IMG/VR virus record: IMGVR_UViG_3300029448_000009
Span: 21,155-85,154 of that record
Direction: 5' to 3' (one strand)
Source of the DNA: a virus
DNA: 64,000 nucleotides
Positions within the stretch are counted from its first letter, which is position 1. Each line of letters begins with the position of its first letter. Shown in pieces: positions 47,423-59,500 of this stretch. Made by a program: the position numbers and the translations under genes. The notes under the pieces were generated by a model that saw only the letters and a program-made list of their open reading frames with translations, was not told where the DNA came from and ran no database searches.

Positions 47423-49507
47423 TTATATTCCCGTAGGCATTGTGCTTACATTACTCTGTACAGCTGATTGATAAGCTTGATCATACAAATCTTGTAATAA
47501 AGTTGCTTTTTGTACAGGTTTATATCTTTCTATTATTTTACCTGAACTATCTTTTTTAATATAGGTAACAACTGGGTAATATCCAGGAGGTCCTATTTTT
47601 TCTCCCTTTTCATTTCTTAAAACATCATATTTATATTCTACTTGTCCTATTGTTTGTGATTGATCAACAGGATCGTAGTAATCTAAATATTCCATTTGAC
47701 CTTGAAAACCATTTGTTGATATTTCATAAAGCTCTTCTGCAGGTTTATAAAGACCTTGAACTTCATTTATATTACCTACTTCAACTTGAATAGCTTTACT
47801 ATCACTTCCATCTGTTACATTAAGAGTTATTAAATTAGATCCTGCTCTATTACCTTGTTGTATAGTACCAGACCAATTATAATCCCCATTATTAATTGCA
47901 TTAAAAATAGACTCTTCTGAAACACCATGGATTTCATGCAACCTCTCTACAGCATCATTTAAATTGTTAGTAAAACTACCATCTTTTTTTCTAACATGTA
48001 CCCCACGAGTAAAATAAATATGTTTTGATTTAGGATCATTCATACTTTTAACGTAATCCATATCTCCTTGATATACTTTAGATACCTGAGCTTGAGTATT
48101 TTCCATTTCTTTAGTTATATGTTCTAGAAACTCTTTATCGCTTTTAAATTGTTGTCTAGCTTCTGGATTGCTCATTAAAAGATCAGCTATATATTCATCT
48201 CTACCTGCTAATAATTGTGCTTCAGATAGCAGTTGAACATCCCCTCCAACCTCTTGAACTAAATTATCATATCTCACTTGCATATCTTCAGCAGCCTGTC
48301 CCATACATTTAGGATCTCCACCACATCTATTAATAGCTGCTTGAAAAGTGCTATCTTTAAATTGATAATTACCACTTTCATCAAATATTTTTGCATCAGG
48401 AGTAAACCAATCTACAATCCCACCAGTAATTCCACCAAACACTGTACCTATACCAGGTATAAAATAACCTGCAGCAGCACCTTTTAAAACTCCATCCCAA
48501 ATACTATCACTTTCAGTATCTTTAAAAGAGCCATCATCATTTGTGTCAAATAAACTAGCAGGAGTTAACAATTTATTATTTTCCATTACATTACTAGAAG
48601 TTGTAGCTACTAGACTTGGATTTACTTGTTGTACCCAATATGGATTTTTTTGATAACTATAACTTCCTTTACCAACTTGTTTAGCTGCAATAGACATCAT
48701 TTGACTTTTAACTTTTTCTTGCGCTTCTTGTGCTGTATAAGTTTCACCTGTTTCAGGATTTATATCTAATTGAGTTAACTTTCTCATTTGTTGTATACCC
48801 TCGTCAGTTGATAAATATGTACTCATTAAACCGTCTACAATACGAGTTACTTTTTTATTTCCAAGGTGAGTACCTGTTTTTAACAGTTGTCCCATTTCTT
48901 GAAACACAGGATCTGTAGATATATTAGCAACAAGATCAGTCATTTTTTCATCATACCCAAGTTGTTGTTCAAATTTAGGTTCATATACACTTGTAACCAT
49001 TTCTCCTGTTTCTGGATCTTGGTAATGAGATTTATGCATACTAGCAATATCTCTCATCATAGGTTGTCCATTTTCATCTCTAACTAAATTACCTTGATCA
49101 TCTCTTACAAATTCTTGATCAAATAAAACCTGATGGCCCAGTTCTCTCATTTTTGCTTTAGTTTTCTTTGCTAAATCATAATTTTCATATGATTGCCTAG
49201 CAGCTATTAATCCCTCATTAGTCATAAAGTCAGTTGTAGCTTTAGACACTGCATTACCTGCAAGCTCAAAAGATCCTGTTGCAGAAATGTCTTCAAACTG
49301 GCCGTTTATACTATTAATCATGTTATCTTTTAACTGCTCATCACCTTCTAATACGTTCATAGATCCTACGGTTCTATTAAGCATATCATAATTAAGTTTA
49401 TTATCATCATATCTTTTCTTTAATATTGTTGACACGGCTACTTTGCCTGGATCAACATACATTGATTGATATGGTTTTAATTCGTATCTACTGTATCTGT
49501 TTGCCAT
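47423..49507 (-). CDS. Virion cargo/ejection protein
   Basis: 694 aa upstream of the virion RNAP gene. MANRYS..PYQSMYV start and a glycine-zipper segment GVLKGAAAGYFIPGIGTVFGGITGG. Confidence 0.6.
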   Translation of the reverse strand: MANRYSRYELKPYQSMYVDPGKVAVSTILKKRYDDNKLNYDMLNRTVGSMNVLEGDEQLKDNMINSINGQFEDISATGSFELAGNAVSKATTDFMTNEGLIAARQSYENYDLAKKTKAKMRELGHQVLFDQEFVRDDQGNLVRDENGQPMMRDIASMHKSHYQDPETGEMVTSVYEPKFEQQLGYDEKMTDLVANISTDPVFQEMGQLLKTGTHLGNKKVTRIVDGLMSTYLSTDEGIQQMRKLTQLDINPETGETYTAQEAQEKVKSQMMSIAAKQVGKGSYSYQKNPYWVQQVNPSLVATTSSNVMENNKLLTPASLFDTNDDGSFKDTESDSIWDGVLKGAAAGYFIPGIGTVFGGITGGIVDWFTPDAKIFDESGNYQFKDSTFQAAINRCGGDPKCMGQAAEDMQVRYDNLVQEVGGDVQLLSEAQLLAGRDEYIADLLMSNPEARQQFKSDKEFLEHITKEMENTQAQVSKVYQGDMDYVKSMNDPKSKHIYFTRGVHVRKKDGSFTNNLNDAVERLHEIHGVSEESIFNAINNGDYNWSGTIQQGNRAGSNLITLNVTDGSDSKAIQVEVGNINEVQGLYKPAEELYEISTNGFQGQMEYLDYYDPVDQSQTIGQVEYKYDVLRNEKGEKIGPPGYYPVVTYIKKDSSGKIIERYKPVQKATLLQDLYDQAYQSAVQSNVSTMPTGI

Positions 49508-49508
49508 A

Positions 49509-52500
49509 TTAACACTTTTTTAATTTTTTACGACCCCCTCTTTTATATAATTCTCTGTATCCTCCTCTTTTTTTAGCCTTAGTCGGATTTTGTATTTTTT
49601 TAAGATATGATGCAAATGCTCCAGAATATTCTGGACTACCCTGTTTATTGGCCATATCTGGATATGCTTTTTGAAAGTCTAATTCATGTATATAAAAATT
49701 ATCTAGTATAGGTGTTTGACCTCCAATTGCTCTTGCTAAATCATCTTGTGCTTTATACTGCATGTAATCAGATCCCATACCTGCTATACTTTGTACTGCA
49801 TTTTGTACAGCCATTAACTTACGATCTTTAGTAGCAGCATCTGCAGCTTTGTTAAACTGATCTACTTGCATACTGTTTGCAATGTTTTGTTTTTGCGCAC
49901 CTTGATTTAATGCTGATTCTTGCTGCTGTATTTGAGCATTAGCCCTTGCTTCTGCACTTCCTATTTGTACGTCTTGTGCCTGTTTCTTACCCCATGATGC
50001 CATCTTAGCAGAAATACCTGCAGGACCCATACCTGCTTGTTCTATCATTCTGCCCATTCCTCTATAGTTACCTTCATTTTGTTCTCTCTCTGCGTTAAAC
50101 CTTACTCTGTCTAAATGTGTAGTAGGTAGACGTCCAGGAGCATTCATATAATCAGGCTTTTCTTTAAATGCCATATATGCAGGTAATAACTGTAACCCTG
50201 CTCCTAGAATTGGGACAGCACTTTTGCCTAATTTTTTTAATAAATCACCTCCTTTATTTTTTTCATTTTCTTCAGATGCAGGTTCTACAATTGGTTCATT
50301 TTCTGGTTCGTAATATTGATATTCATCATTAGGATCTTTATTTATTGTTGGATCTAATTCAGGATTAAAAGTATATATATTTGGATCATACTCTCCTGGA
50401 AGAACATTATATATATCTCCATCATTAGATTCTAATTCACTAAATTGTTTTAATGCATTTAATGTGTCTATACCAAATTTACTATCTACACCTTGTTGGT
50501 TAACACCTAAATCACCTTCTAATATATCTGTTTCTTTACCACTAAAATAAGTAGGATATGATGTTTTTAACTCTTCTGAAGGATTCATTAAATTAGTTTG
50601 TAATAATTTTACATGCTCTTTATTTCTAGGATCAAACGTATCTAGTCCTGTAATAGCAGCAGCCTCATCTAAATAATCTGCTATATCTGCATCTGTTACA
50701 TTATTATATAAACCTGTAAATGTAGATTTCTTTTTCTTATTAGACGCGTTATTAGGATTGTCTTCATCTACTACTACGTTTTGTGAATTATCAATTATAT
50801 TTTCACTAGAACTAGGATTATTTGTTGCAAAATTAGCATTACCAATTATTATGTTTGCCTCTTGTTCAGACACTCCTTTTATAAAACTATATCCTTTTGG
50901 AGTAAGCATAAAATTAGCAGCATCTGTAAGACTTAATCCAAGTTTATTAGCACTATCTTTTAAATCTTCAATGCTAAAACCTTCTAAATTAAATAAAGCA
51001 GGGTTTATATCTTTAAGTTCAGCTGGTATTTTTGTCGCATCATCTAGTATAGATGAACTATTTGCGTCTCTACCTAATGATTTTACATACTCTTGTAATT
51101 TAGCTAGTTCTTCTGGAGTTAAATCTGGACCTCCATTTTGAAATTTTGTTCTTTCTCCTCCAAGATTGTATTTAGATCTACCAGCTGCTTTTTCTTGTAT
51201 AGCTGCTAACCTATCTAACTCTTCTTGACTTCCGCCTTGTTTTAATATATCTTTATGTCTTTGCGCAAAAGACTTTCCTCCCAGCTTTAAATAACTAGAA
51301 AAGAAATAATCGCTTCCTTTTATTTTATCCATAGTTTCTCCGCCCTCAACTTCTGTCATAGGGTCTAATTTAATTCCACCTTGTTCATGTTTTTTACCAA
51401 TAAATTCTGTTGCTCCACCTGGTAATGGTTTAGCTACTCCCCCATCTAACTGTCTAGTTCCTCCCATTCTTCTACCTACTATAGAAGCTAAAGATATAGG
51501 ACTACCTATTTGATTCTCAACGTTCATTTTTAATTTATCTGCAAATTTTATTTTAGGTATGTGTGCTGCACTTTTAAAATTTTTAGCAGTTTTTAAAGCG
51601 TTATAGGTTTTATTTCCTATTGCTGCTGGGCCTGCTGCTAATCCAAGACCTGGTGTTGCAGCTGCTAAATTTATACCCATATCTCCATACTTTCCTCTTG
51701 CTCCTGAAATTCCAGCATTAAGCAGATCGGGAATAATACCAACCCCAGGAGTCATCCCTAATCCTGCTAAAATTAATTGTGTACTATCTAAAAATCCCAT
51801 GCCCTCTGGTGGAGTTATTTTTCTTTGTTCTAAAGTTTGATCTAGCTTTTGATTTAAATTTGCTTGACGGTTATTTTCAGGCGCATTCATTAAAGTTTCT
51901 CTAGTAGTTGCTACATTTCTAAAATCAATTGGTTTAGGTTGTGAAGATTGTGTAGGCAAATTTAAATTTTTAATGTTGCTAGGAATTTGTCTATCAGAAC
52001 TAATAAGATTTGGCAGTGTAAGTGATCCACTTTGATATGCTTGATCTCCTTCTCTTGCTCCTGTTTTTGCATTAATAAAAGCTGCATCAGAAGCAGACAA
52101 CGTATATAAATCTGGATTGTTTCCTTGTCCTCCCCCGTTTTCATATTTTTTAACTCCTCCATGTCTATATCCTAACATCATCATATTGTTAGGGTCTACT
52201 ATTGGTCCTGATTGAGATGGGCCAGATGGTGAGGTAACTAAAGGCGTGTTAACGTTTGTGTTTGTTACATGTTTATCTGTTTTTAATCCACCTTTAAGTC
52301 CAGTTTTACTTGTAGTTGATGCAACTTTAAAAGAACTTGCTTTATTTATTAATGGTTTTATAGGAGTTTTAGCTAATTTACTTATACCTTTTATTCCTCC
52401 TTTAACCCAAGAACCTCCCCAAGGAATAAACCCTAAAGCAGCCATTCCTGCAGATTTAGCAGCATCTCCATAATTACCTTCTTGATAATACTTACGAGCA

Positions 52501-53498
52501 TCATTTGCATCTAGTGCCCCAGCAGCAAATCCAGCTATAGGATTAAACATTCCTCCTACATCAAGAGCTAATCTTGCATCTCCAGTACCTCCCATTTCTA
52601 CTCTTTTTCCACTAGGCGTGTTGCCAAAATCATACCCGCCCCCAATAAATTTTCTAACATTACCTTCGCTTGCGTAATTTAGGGGACCGCCCCCCATATA
52701 AAAATTTCTGTATCCACCTCGTTTAAGCTGTCCCATATTAGATCCAGAATACTCTTTACCTTGTAATCCTCCTGCAAATGCTCCTTGTTGTGCTTGAGCT
52801 TTTTTCATTTCTTCTTCTTCCTCCATTTCTCTTGCTTCATTTCTAGCCTTTCTTCCCTTAAGACCACTAGTAACAGCTCCTATTGTAGCACCAACTCCTG
52901 CACCAATTGCTGTACCAACTCCAGGAACAATACTACCTATAGTAGCTCCCATACTTGCACCTTTACCTGCACCGCTTAACATTGTACCTGATGTTTCACC
53001 TACATTCATTGTAGTAGCATCATCATCGCTAGAAACTTTTTGCAAACCTTGTCCTGCAAAATCAGCAACCATACCAGCTGTACCAATATTACCTGCTAAA
53101 TTACCTGCTTTAGCAGCTGCAGTTTCAGTAACTACACCGTCTACAACTGTATCTGTAAAACCTTGGCTTGCAGCTAAGTCAGCTGCACTTTTACCAAATA
53201 CATTTTTACCCTCACTTAACCTATCAGTAAGCATGCCTAAACCTTTAGTAGCAGATTGATTAAGAGCTTGCGTAGCAGCTAAACCTTCTTGTTGCTGTTG
53301 AGCAAATTTCTGCTGCCAAGGCTGAGCTTGAATTTGAGCTAACTGCTGATTAGAAGCATCTATTTGAGCTTGATTAACTTGTTCATAGCTAGCAGTATTA
53401 GTATTAGGAATCATAGATCCTGGCACAGTATTGTTACCATACATACCACCGTTAGCATAATATTTTATTCTTCCTCCACGTCTGTAGAGTTTTCTCAT
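49509..53498 (-). CDS. Modular virion cargo/ejection protein with repeated YxxGG linkers, a glycine zipper and two pre-toxin-TG-like segments
   Basis: About 1330 aa (start at 53498 or 53525). Includes the block GKKHEQGGI...EVEGGET...YFFS recalled from crAss-like proteins. Lies between the tail stabilisation and virion RNAP genes. Confidence 0.65.
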   Translation of the reverse strand: MRKLYRRGGRIKYYANGGMYGNNTVPGSMIPNTNTASYEQVNQAQIDASNQQLAQIQAQPWQQKFAQQQQEGLAATQALNQSATKGLGMLTDRLSEGKNVFGKSAADLAASQGFTDTVVDGVVTETAAAKAGNLAGNIGTAGMVADFAGQGLQKVSSDDDATTMNVGETSGTMLSGAGKGASMGATIGSIVPGVGTAIGAGVGATIGAVTSGLKGRKARNEAREMEEEEEMKKAQAQQGAFAGGLQGKEYSGSNMGQLKRGGYRNFYMGGGPLNYASEGNVRKFIGGGYDFGNTPSGKRVEMGGTGDARLALDVGGMFNPIAGFAAGALDANDARKYYQEGNYGDAAKSAGMAALGFIPWGGSWVKGGIKGISKLAKTPIKPLINKASSFKVASTTSKTGLKGGLKTDKHVTNTNVNTPLVTSPSGPSQSGPIVDPNNMMMLGYRHGGVKKYENGGGQGNNPDLYTLSASDAAFINAKTGAREGDQAYQSGSLTLPNLISSDRQIPSNIKNLNLPTQSSQPKPIDFRNVATTRETLMNAPENNRQANLNQKLDQTLEQRKITPPEGMGFLDSTQLILAGLGMTPGVGIIPDLLNAGISGARGKYGDMGINLAAATPGLGLAAGPAAIGNKTYNALKTAKNFKSAAHIPKIKFADKLKMNVENQIGSPISLASIVGRRMGGTRQLDGGVAKPLPGGATEFIGKKHEQGGIKLDPMTEVEGGETMDKIKGSDYFFSSYLKLGGKSFAQRHKDILKQGGSQEELDRLAAIQEKAAGRSKYNLGGERTKFQNGGPDLTPEELAKLQEYVKSLGRDANSSSILDDATKIPAELKDINPALFNLEGFSIEDLKDSANKLGLSLTDAANFMLTPKGYSFIKGVSEQEANIIIGNANFATNNPSSSENIIDNSQNVVVDEDNPNNASNKKKKSTFTGLYNNVTDADIADYLDEAAAITGLDTFDPRNKEHVKLLQTNLMNPSEELKTSYPTYFSGKETDILEGDLGVNQQGVDSKFGIDTLNALKQFSELESNDGDIYNVLPGEYDPNIYTFNPELDPTINKDPNDEYQYYEPENEPIVEPASEENEKNKGGDLLKKLGKSAVPILGAGLQLLPAYMAFKEKPDYMNAPGRLPTTHLDRVRFNAEREQNEGNYRGMGRMIEQAGMGPAGISAKMASWGKKQAQDVQIGSAEARANAQIQQQESALNQGAQKQNIANSMQVDQFNKAADAATKDRKLMAVQNAVQSIAGMGSDYMQYKAQDDLARAIGGQTPILDNFYIHELDFQKAYPDMANKQGSPEYSGAFASYLKKIQNPTKAKKRGGYRELYKRGGRKKLKKC

Positions 53499-53502
53499 TT
53501 TT

Positions 53503-56500
53503 TTATTTTTGTTGATTCTGTTCATGTCTATGGAATTTACGAGCACCCACTTCAGTGGAGTACAAATTTACTAAAAAACTAGCAGTATTACTAGTTATTA
53601 AACGAATTGCTAACCATTTGTCTATAAATTTTCTTGGTCTAGGTATTGCTGTAATTTTACTATATACAGCGCTATTGTTAAAAGTTTCATGCATATCAGA
53701 AATAATCCACAATGGTAATTGATTAGGCGGGGTAGATATTAAACTTCCACCACCATCTACCATTACTCCTCCTATATCTAATTCTTCTCCTTCAGCATCT
53801 AATCCTCCTATTTGAGCACTAAACATATTTGGTGTGTGTAAAGCATAATATAAATCATTATTTCTTCCTTCGCTTAAAAAATTAGGTGAAGACTCTCTTG
53901 TTAAATCTCTAAATTTATTAATACACCATTCACATCCATTTTTTCTTGCATTTAAAAGTTCTTCTATATTTATTACACCAGAAGCCTGATGTGAATTATA
54001 TAATACAAATTTATCAAATCCAGGACCATGTGTTTTTGTTGTTAACAGGTTAGCAGTATAGTCAACATCAGGATATGCATTGTCGGATCCCCCTGCAATA
54101 CCGCATTGAGGACATCCTCCATAATCATCATTAGAGTCTTGAGCTTGGCTGGTTCTGTCTGTGATCCAGCAAAAATTGTAAAATAATTTATTTACAAATT
54201 TATTTTCATTATGTATTATTTCTATTTCTGACGGATAGGTTCTACCATAATAAGTACCTTTAGTTGAAGTATAATTATGTTTCCAAATATTTGAATGTAC
54301 ATTACCTCTACTTGTCATAGTTGGAAATTGTTTAAAAGAGTATAAAGCAGAAGATGTGTATGTATATAAATAAGGAGTATAATCATGAAAAGATATCCAT
54401 GATTGTAGTTTTGGACTATAAGAAGCAGTCCATCCATCCCTTTGAAAATAATTTCTACCATTACCTCTGTATGGTTCATCTTCTACTGGTAATATAGTCC
54501 AAGGATTATCTTGTTCACCAGCTTCTCCTAAGAAATTAGGATCTGGATCAATATCTGGTAATTTAATAATAAATTGATCTGATGCATTTGACACACCATT
54601 TGCGTTACCTGTTGAATTTGCAGGTATATACTGTATCATTCCTATCGGATCTGTATCATTTTGATCTATAAAGTTTTGCCATCCTTGTAAAAATAAAGCA
54701 CTTGGAATAAGTTCTCTTTTAGTTAACAACACTCTTTGATATATTTCATCATATACCGAAGTAAATCCAAAACTTAATGGATTATCTGGATAATTAACTT
54801 TTCCAAATACTTTTAATTTATACGGTAAATTAGTTTGAAACCATTTTTCTAGTCCTACAGAAGAAATGTCATATATTTGATCTGCTATCATATGAACAGA
54901 TGCATTTCTTTGATCTACATAAAAATAACCAAAGTCTCCTACCGTGGTAGCAAACTGAGATTGTGTACCACCATACCCAGCTTCTGTTTGTTTTAACTCC
55001 TCTGGCGGTTGTGCAAATAAATCTCCACTCCCAATAAAAGCTTCTGACTGATCTGCCATTTGCATTGTTTGTTTACCTTTAGTTCTAAAAATACTATCTT
55101 CCATATGAAAGTATAGTAAATTATTAAAGACAGATATTTTCCATAAATCTCCTCTGTTCTTAGGTAAATCTTTAAATTGTAATGCTAGAAAAATTCTATA
55201 GTTATCTAACAATGTGCTGTCATCTGATGTTGCGCTTCTAATAACTCTATTTGGAAAAGATGTTGGTTGTGATATTTGTATTGGGAGAGGTACTGTAGAA
55301 CCAATACTATTAACAGATGAGTAATCTTCATTGTATTTCATGTTATCCACATCTGTTCCGTCTGTTGTATTTTTTAATAATAATACATCTTTTGCAGGAG
55401 TACCTGGAAAATAAGAATCTTTTCGATTATCAACATGTCTAAAATTAATATTATCTGTAGACTCTACAATTGTATGATATATATATCTTAGATCTCTACG
55501 TCTTACATCATTCATAGGTGATCCTGCTAAATCAACTAAATTTAATCTACCTGTTTTTCTATAACCATGTCTAGATATAAATGTATCACCCCCAAATATA
55601 TGACCTGTTCTAAATTTATCTAATGCAGGTTGTGAAGCTACTTTTATATAATCTTTAATAGTCATTACTTGATCTGTAGGAGCATAAAAAGTTTCCCCTC
55701 CTCCTGTATAATCAAATACACCCCCCTCTTCTATAGGAGGATTAGTTTGTTTGTTTAATTCAGAATTTGGATAATCAGGATTTGCTGCTCCAGCTATATT
55801 ACCAACATGTAAACTAGGATGTTGACCTCCTGCATTTATTACATTGTCATATGTATCACTTGTTAAATAGTTTATAGCAGGTAAATTTTCAATAGGGTTA
55901 CCTATGTCATCTACCTTAAACCAATCATAATCGTCTCCTGTTACTTCATATCCTGTCCATACTAAATCTTGTTTATCAAATGGATTATACATATCTAATC
56001 TAAATGCATGCATATTAGCTTGATACAGAAAAGGTTGAAAATTATTTTTACCAATATGAGGTTCAAAAAAAGCATCGGACGCAGCTTCTGGGTCAATCCA
56101 AGGTAATGTTGTTGGTAAATTAAATGCTGGTAAAGTACCAAACTTTTCATTTAATAATAAAGATATATGACTTTCTCCAAAGTTATTCCAAGTCTTACGT
56201 CCAAAACCTAATTGTTTTCCATTGTATATACTATCCCCATTTAAATAAGTTTTACCTCTTTCTTTAATAGGCCTATTAAGATCAACATGTGTACCTGAAG
56301 TTTGTAACCATTGGTATAAATTAAATGAATCTGTACCCCCATTAAAAATACCCACAGCAGGATCTTGAGATTGAGACGGGCTGTAAAAATTAAATGATGT
56401 TTGCATTCCATTTACTACAGGACCGTATGTAGTACTACCATAAGTTTTATGACACTCAGCATATCCATCACCTACATTTTGAGGCATATAAGGACCACTA

Positions 56501-59500
56501 AAAGCAATGTTTTCTACAATATAATCTAATTTTAAATGTGTAGCAGCGGTAATACTTTTTCTAGCTTCTCCACTTCCACTTGGTCCATGGCCTCTCATTA
56601 AATAAAAGTCATGAAAACTTAATGCTTGATACCCATAAGTCATTCCAGCATCTGCTGGATTAGGTAAAACATATGCTGTTTCTTCTAAATTATAAGGAAA
56701 ATTAATCCACCAGTGTTCTTTTGATTGTTTAGATGAAGAGTCAAGTCCATACGATTCATCAGATATTTCACTAAAGTCTGATATACTATTAGTACACGCA
56801 GGTACTATAGGATCTTCTGTAGTAGCATATGGATTTAATGTATTTTGTCCTAAAATACGTCTGTCATGATGTTCTCTATTTGCATAGTATATTCTAAAAC
56901 CTTGTGTTTTTTCCCATATTTCTTGTGGTACTTTTAAATCTTCAAATTGTACACCTAAAGATCTTACATAATGAGCAATGTATCCTCCATCTGTTGCAGA
57001 AAGATTTTGAGATTTCCAATGTACCCAACCACGGCATTGAGTGGCTTGCATTCTATTATTATCTAACTCAAAGTGCCCGTCCAAGTTTTTATCTTTTGCT
57101 CTAGCTACAATATACTTTTTTCTTTTATCTACTAAAACAACTGTTAGTTTAGAAGAATTATATGCATTTGAAAAATTATTTTGTTCATAATCATATGGAA
57201 CATCTCCCATCGCACCTGCTTGTGTTCTATAATTTCTAGCAATACTTTTCTTTTTTGTAGATATACATCCTGTAGAATACCTAGATCTACCTCCTCTTTT
57301 TTTACAAGCCCCCGCACTTTTCCTATTAACCATATCATCTTGGCTTTCATTTCTAGACTGCTTAAAAGTATATTCTCCTGAACCATATGTGCTAGTATCA
57401 TAATTACTATTATCCATTAAATGATCATCAGGAAAATAAGGACCAAGTGCTGCATCTGAACTAGATTCACTAGCATAAGCCCCTACTGTTTGTGTTCCGT
57501 CTACATCGGTATTGAGCCAGTTTGCAGATATTTTATCCCCTATTTGTGGATAAACAGTACTGTCATCAGCATTTAATTCATAAAACATAAATGTTTGACT
57601 ATTGTTATTTGTATCAAAAATATATCTTATATCCTTTTCATCGCCATTTTGATTATCTCCTGTAAATCCATCTGCTCCAAGAAGTGCAGCAACCTCTGTT
57701 ATATCTAAATCCCCATTCATGTAACCCTCTGCTTGTGAACCGCTATCACTTATACCTTCATATAGTTCAGCTAGTTTTCCAAATATAGTTTGATTATTAG
57801 GCAAAGCCTGTACTATCCCAACACCAAGTCTTGTTACTCTGTCTGATCCCCATCTAAAGTCAATACTATAAACTTCTTTTACATCTAATACAATATCAAT
57901 TGTAGATGTGTTACTGTGTATAGATTGATACTCTGCATTCTCATTAGATGGAAAATGATGATGTCTTACACGTCTTCCTGCAAGAGAACCTTCATTTCTA
58001 CCAGGTGTAGAAGCATTTAGTATTTCCCAGTTAAATGCATTTAATTCATCTGTTGGATATCTTTCTCCTGTATTTTGCCAGTAGTTCATATTTCTACTTC
58101 CTTCTAACATACTAGTTTCAAAAAAATGAAATGCTCTACCTTTATTATTTGTTATTTGTCTTAATGCATTATCAGGATCTAAAGGATATATATCACATGA
58201 TTCCCATAAACCAAATGCATTAATGTCTGGATCTGCTAAAGTATTATTTGCATCAATAATACTATTATTAAAATTATAAGTAGGAATACTTTCATATTGA
58301 AAAGCACCTGTAGAATTTAATTCGTTTAAACGTAAGGGTGCTCTACCTGGAATATGGTATGCATAAGACTCTGTACCATCATTTAATATAAATGCAATGT
58401 AAAATGCATATACCTCATCTCTTGTATAACCTTTATATTTATATATATTTTTGTTATGCCTAAACCCTTGAGATCTACTTTCTATATTTCCTCCTTGTAA
58501 ATTTTCTGGAGAACTTTCTATATACCCGTGTTCTAATACATCAATAGTTGCTTCATGCGGATCAAAAAACGGAAAAGGATGTAAAGCAGGTCTAGAACTA
58601 ATATAGTTAGCATAGGGCTGATATCCTACATCCTTAGAGCCTTTTACATTTCCTAAGTATAGACTACCGTCTAATTGATTAATTGTCTTAGCAGTCTCGT
58701 AAGACACTGTGTCAACAATTACATCTTCTACGTTATCAAATCCATTAAAACCTTCTAACCCTGTAAATGTAACAGAATTTAAACTAACAGCACCTGCTAC
58801 ATTTTTAATAGGAAGATCATTTAGTTTAAAGGTTGTACGCTTACCATCAGATTTTCTTATAACTACAGGTCTTAAATATTCATAATCTGTATTTAAGTTA
58901 CTTACATTCCATGTAATTGATTTACCTGAAGGTACAGCCGCTGGTGCTCCGTCATACCTTTCTATAGGTAATACTCCTTCAATGTCTTCAACAATAGATA
59001 TAGGATTAGCAAGTGTTACATAGTTTGTAGCTACAAGATCTCTATCAACATATGCAAGAGCTAAAAAATATACTCCTGTTAATAAGTTACCTCCTGGATT
59101 TATACTATTAAACTCTACATGAGGAACAGGTCCTGATGATGGAAAAAGATCTAACATTCTAATATGAGAAGGGTTTGATGTTGATTCTGGATCTAACCCA
59201 TACAATCTTTCAAACGGTTGTCCTACACCTCCTGAATTATTAAGCCATTCTTGTTGCCTAGTAATATTCATTGCTCTAGGCGGATTTACATTATCTACCC
59301 AATAAACAAATAGTTCCCCATCTGGATTTATTTTATACGTTCCTTCTATAAAATGGTTTTGATTAAAATTTAAATTAAAATCAGTTCCTGTTAAAGAAAC
59401 AGTAGTATTAATAGTATCTCTGTTAGGTCTAAATAAAGTAGTATAAGAGTCATTTTCAAGTATTCCTATCTCTGAATTATATTCTACATCAAATTCAAGA

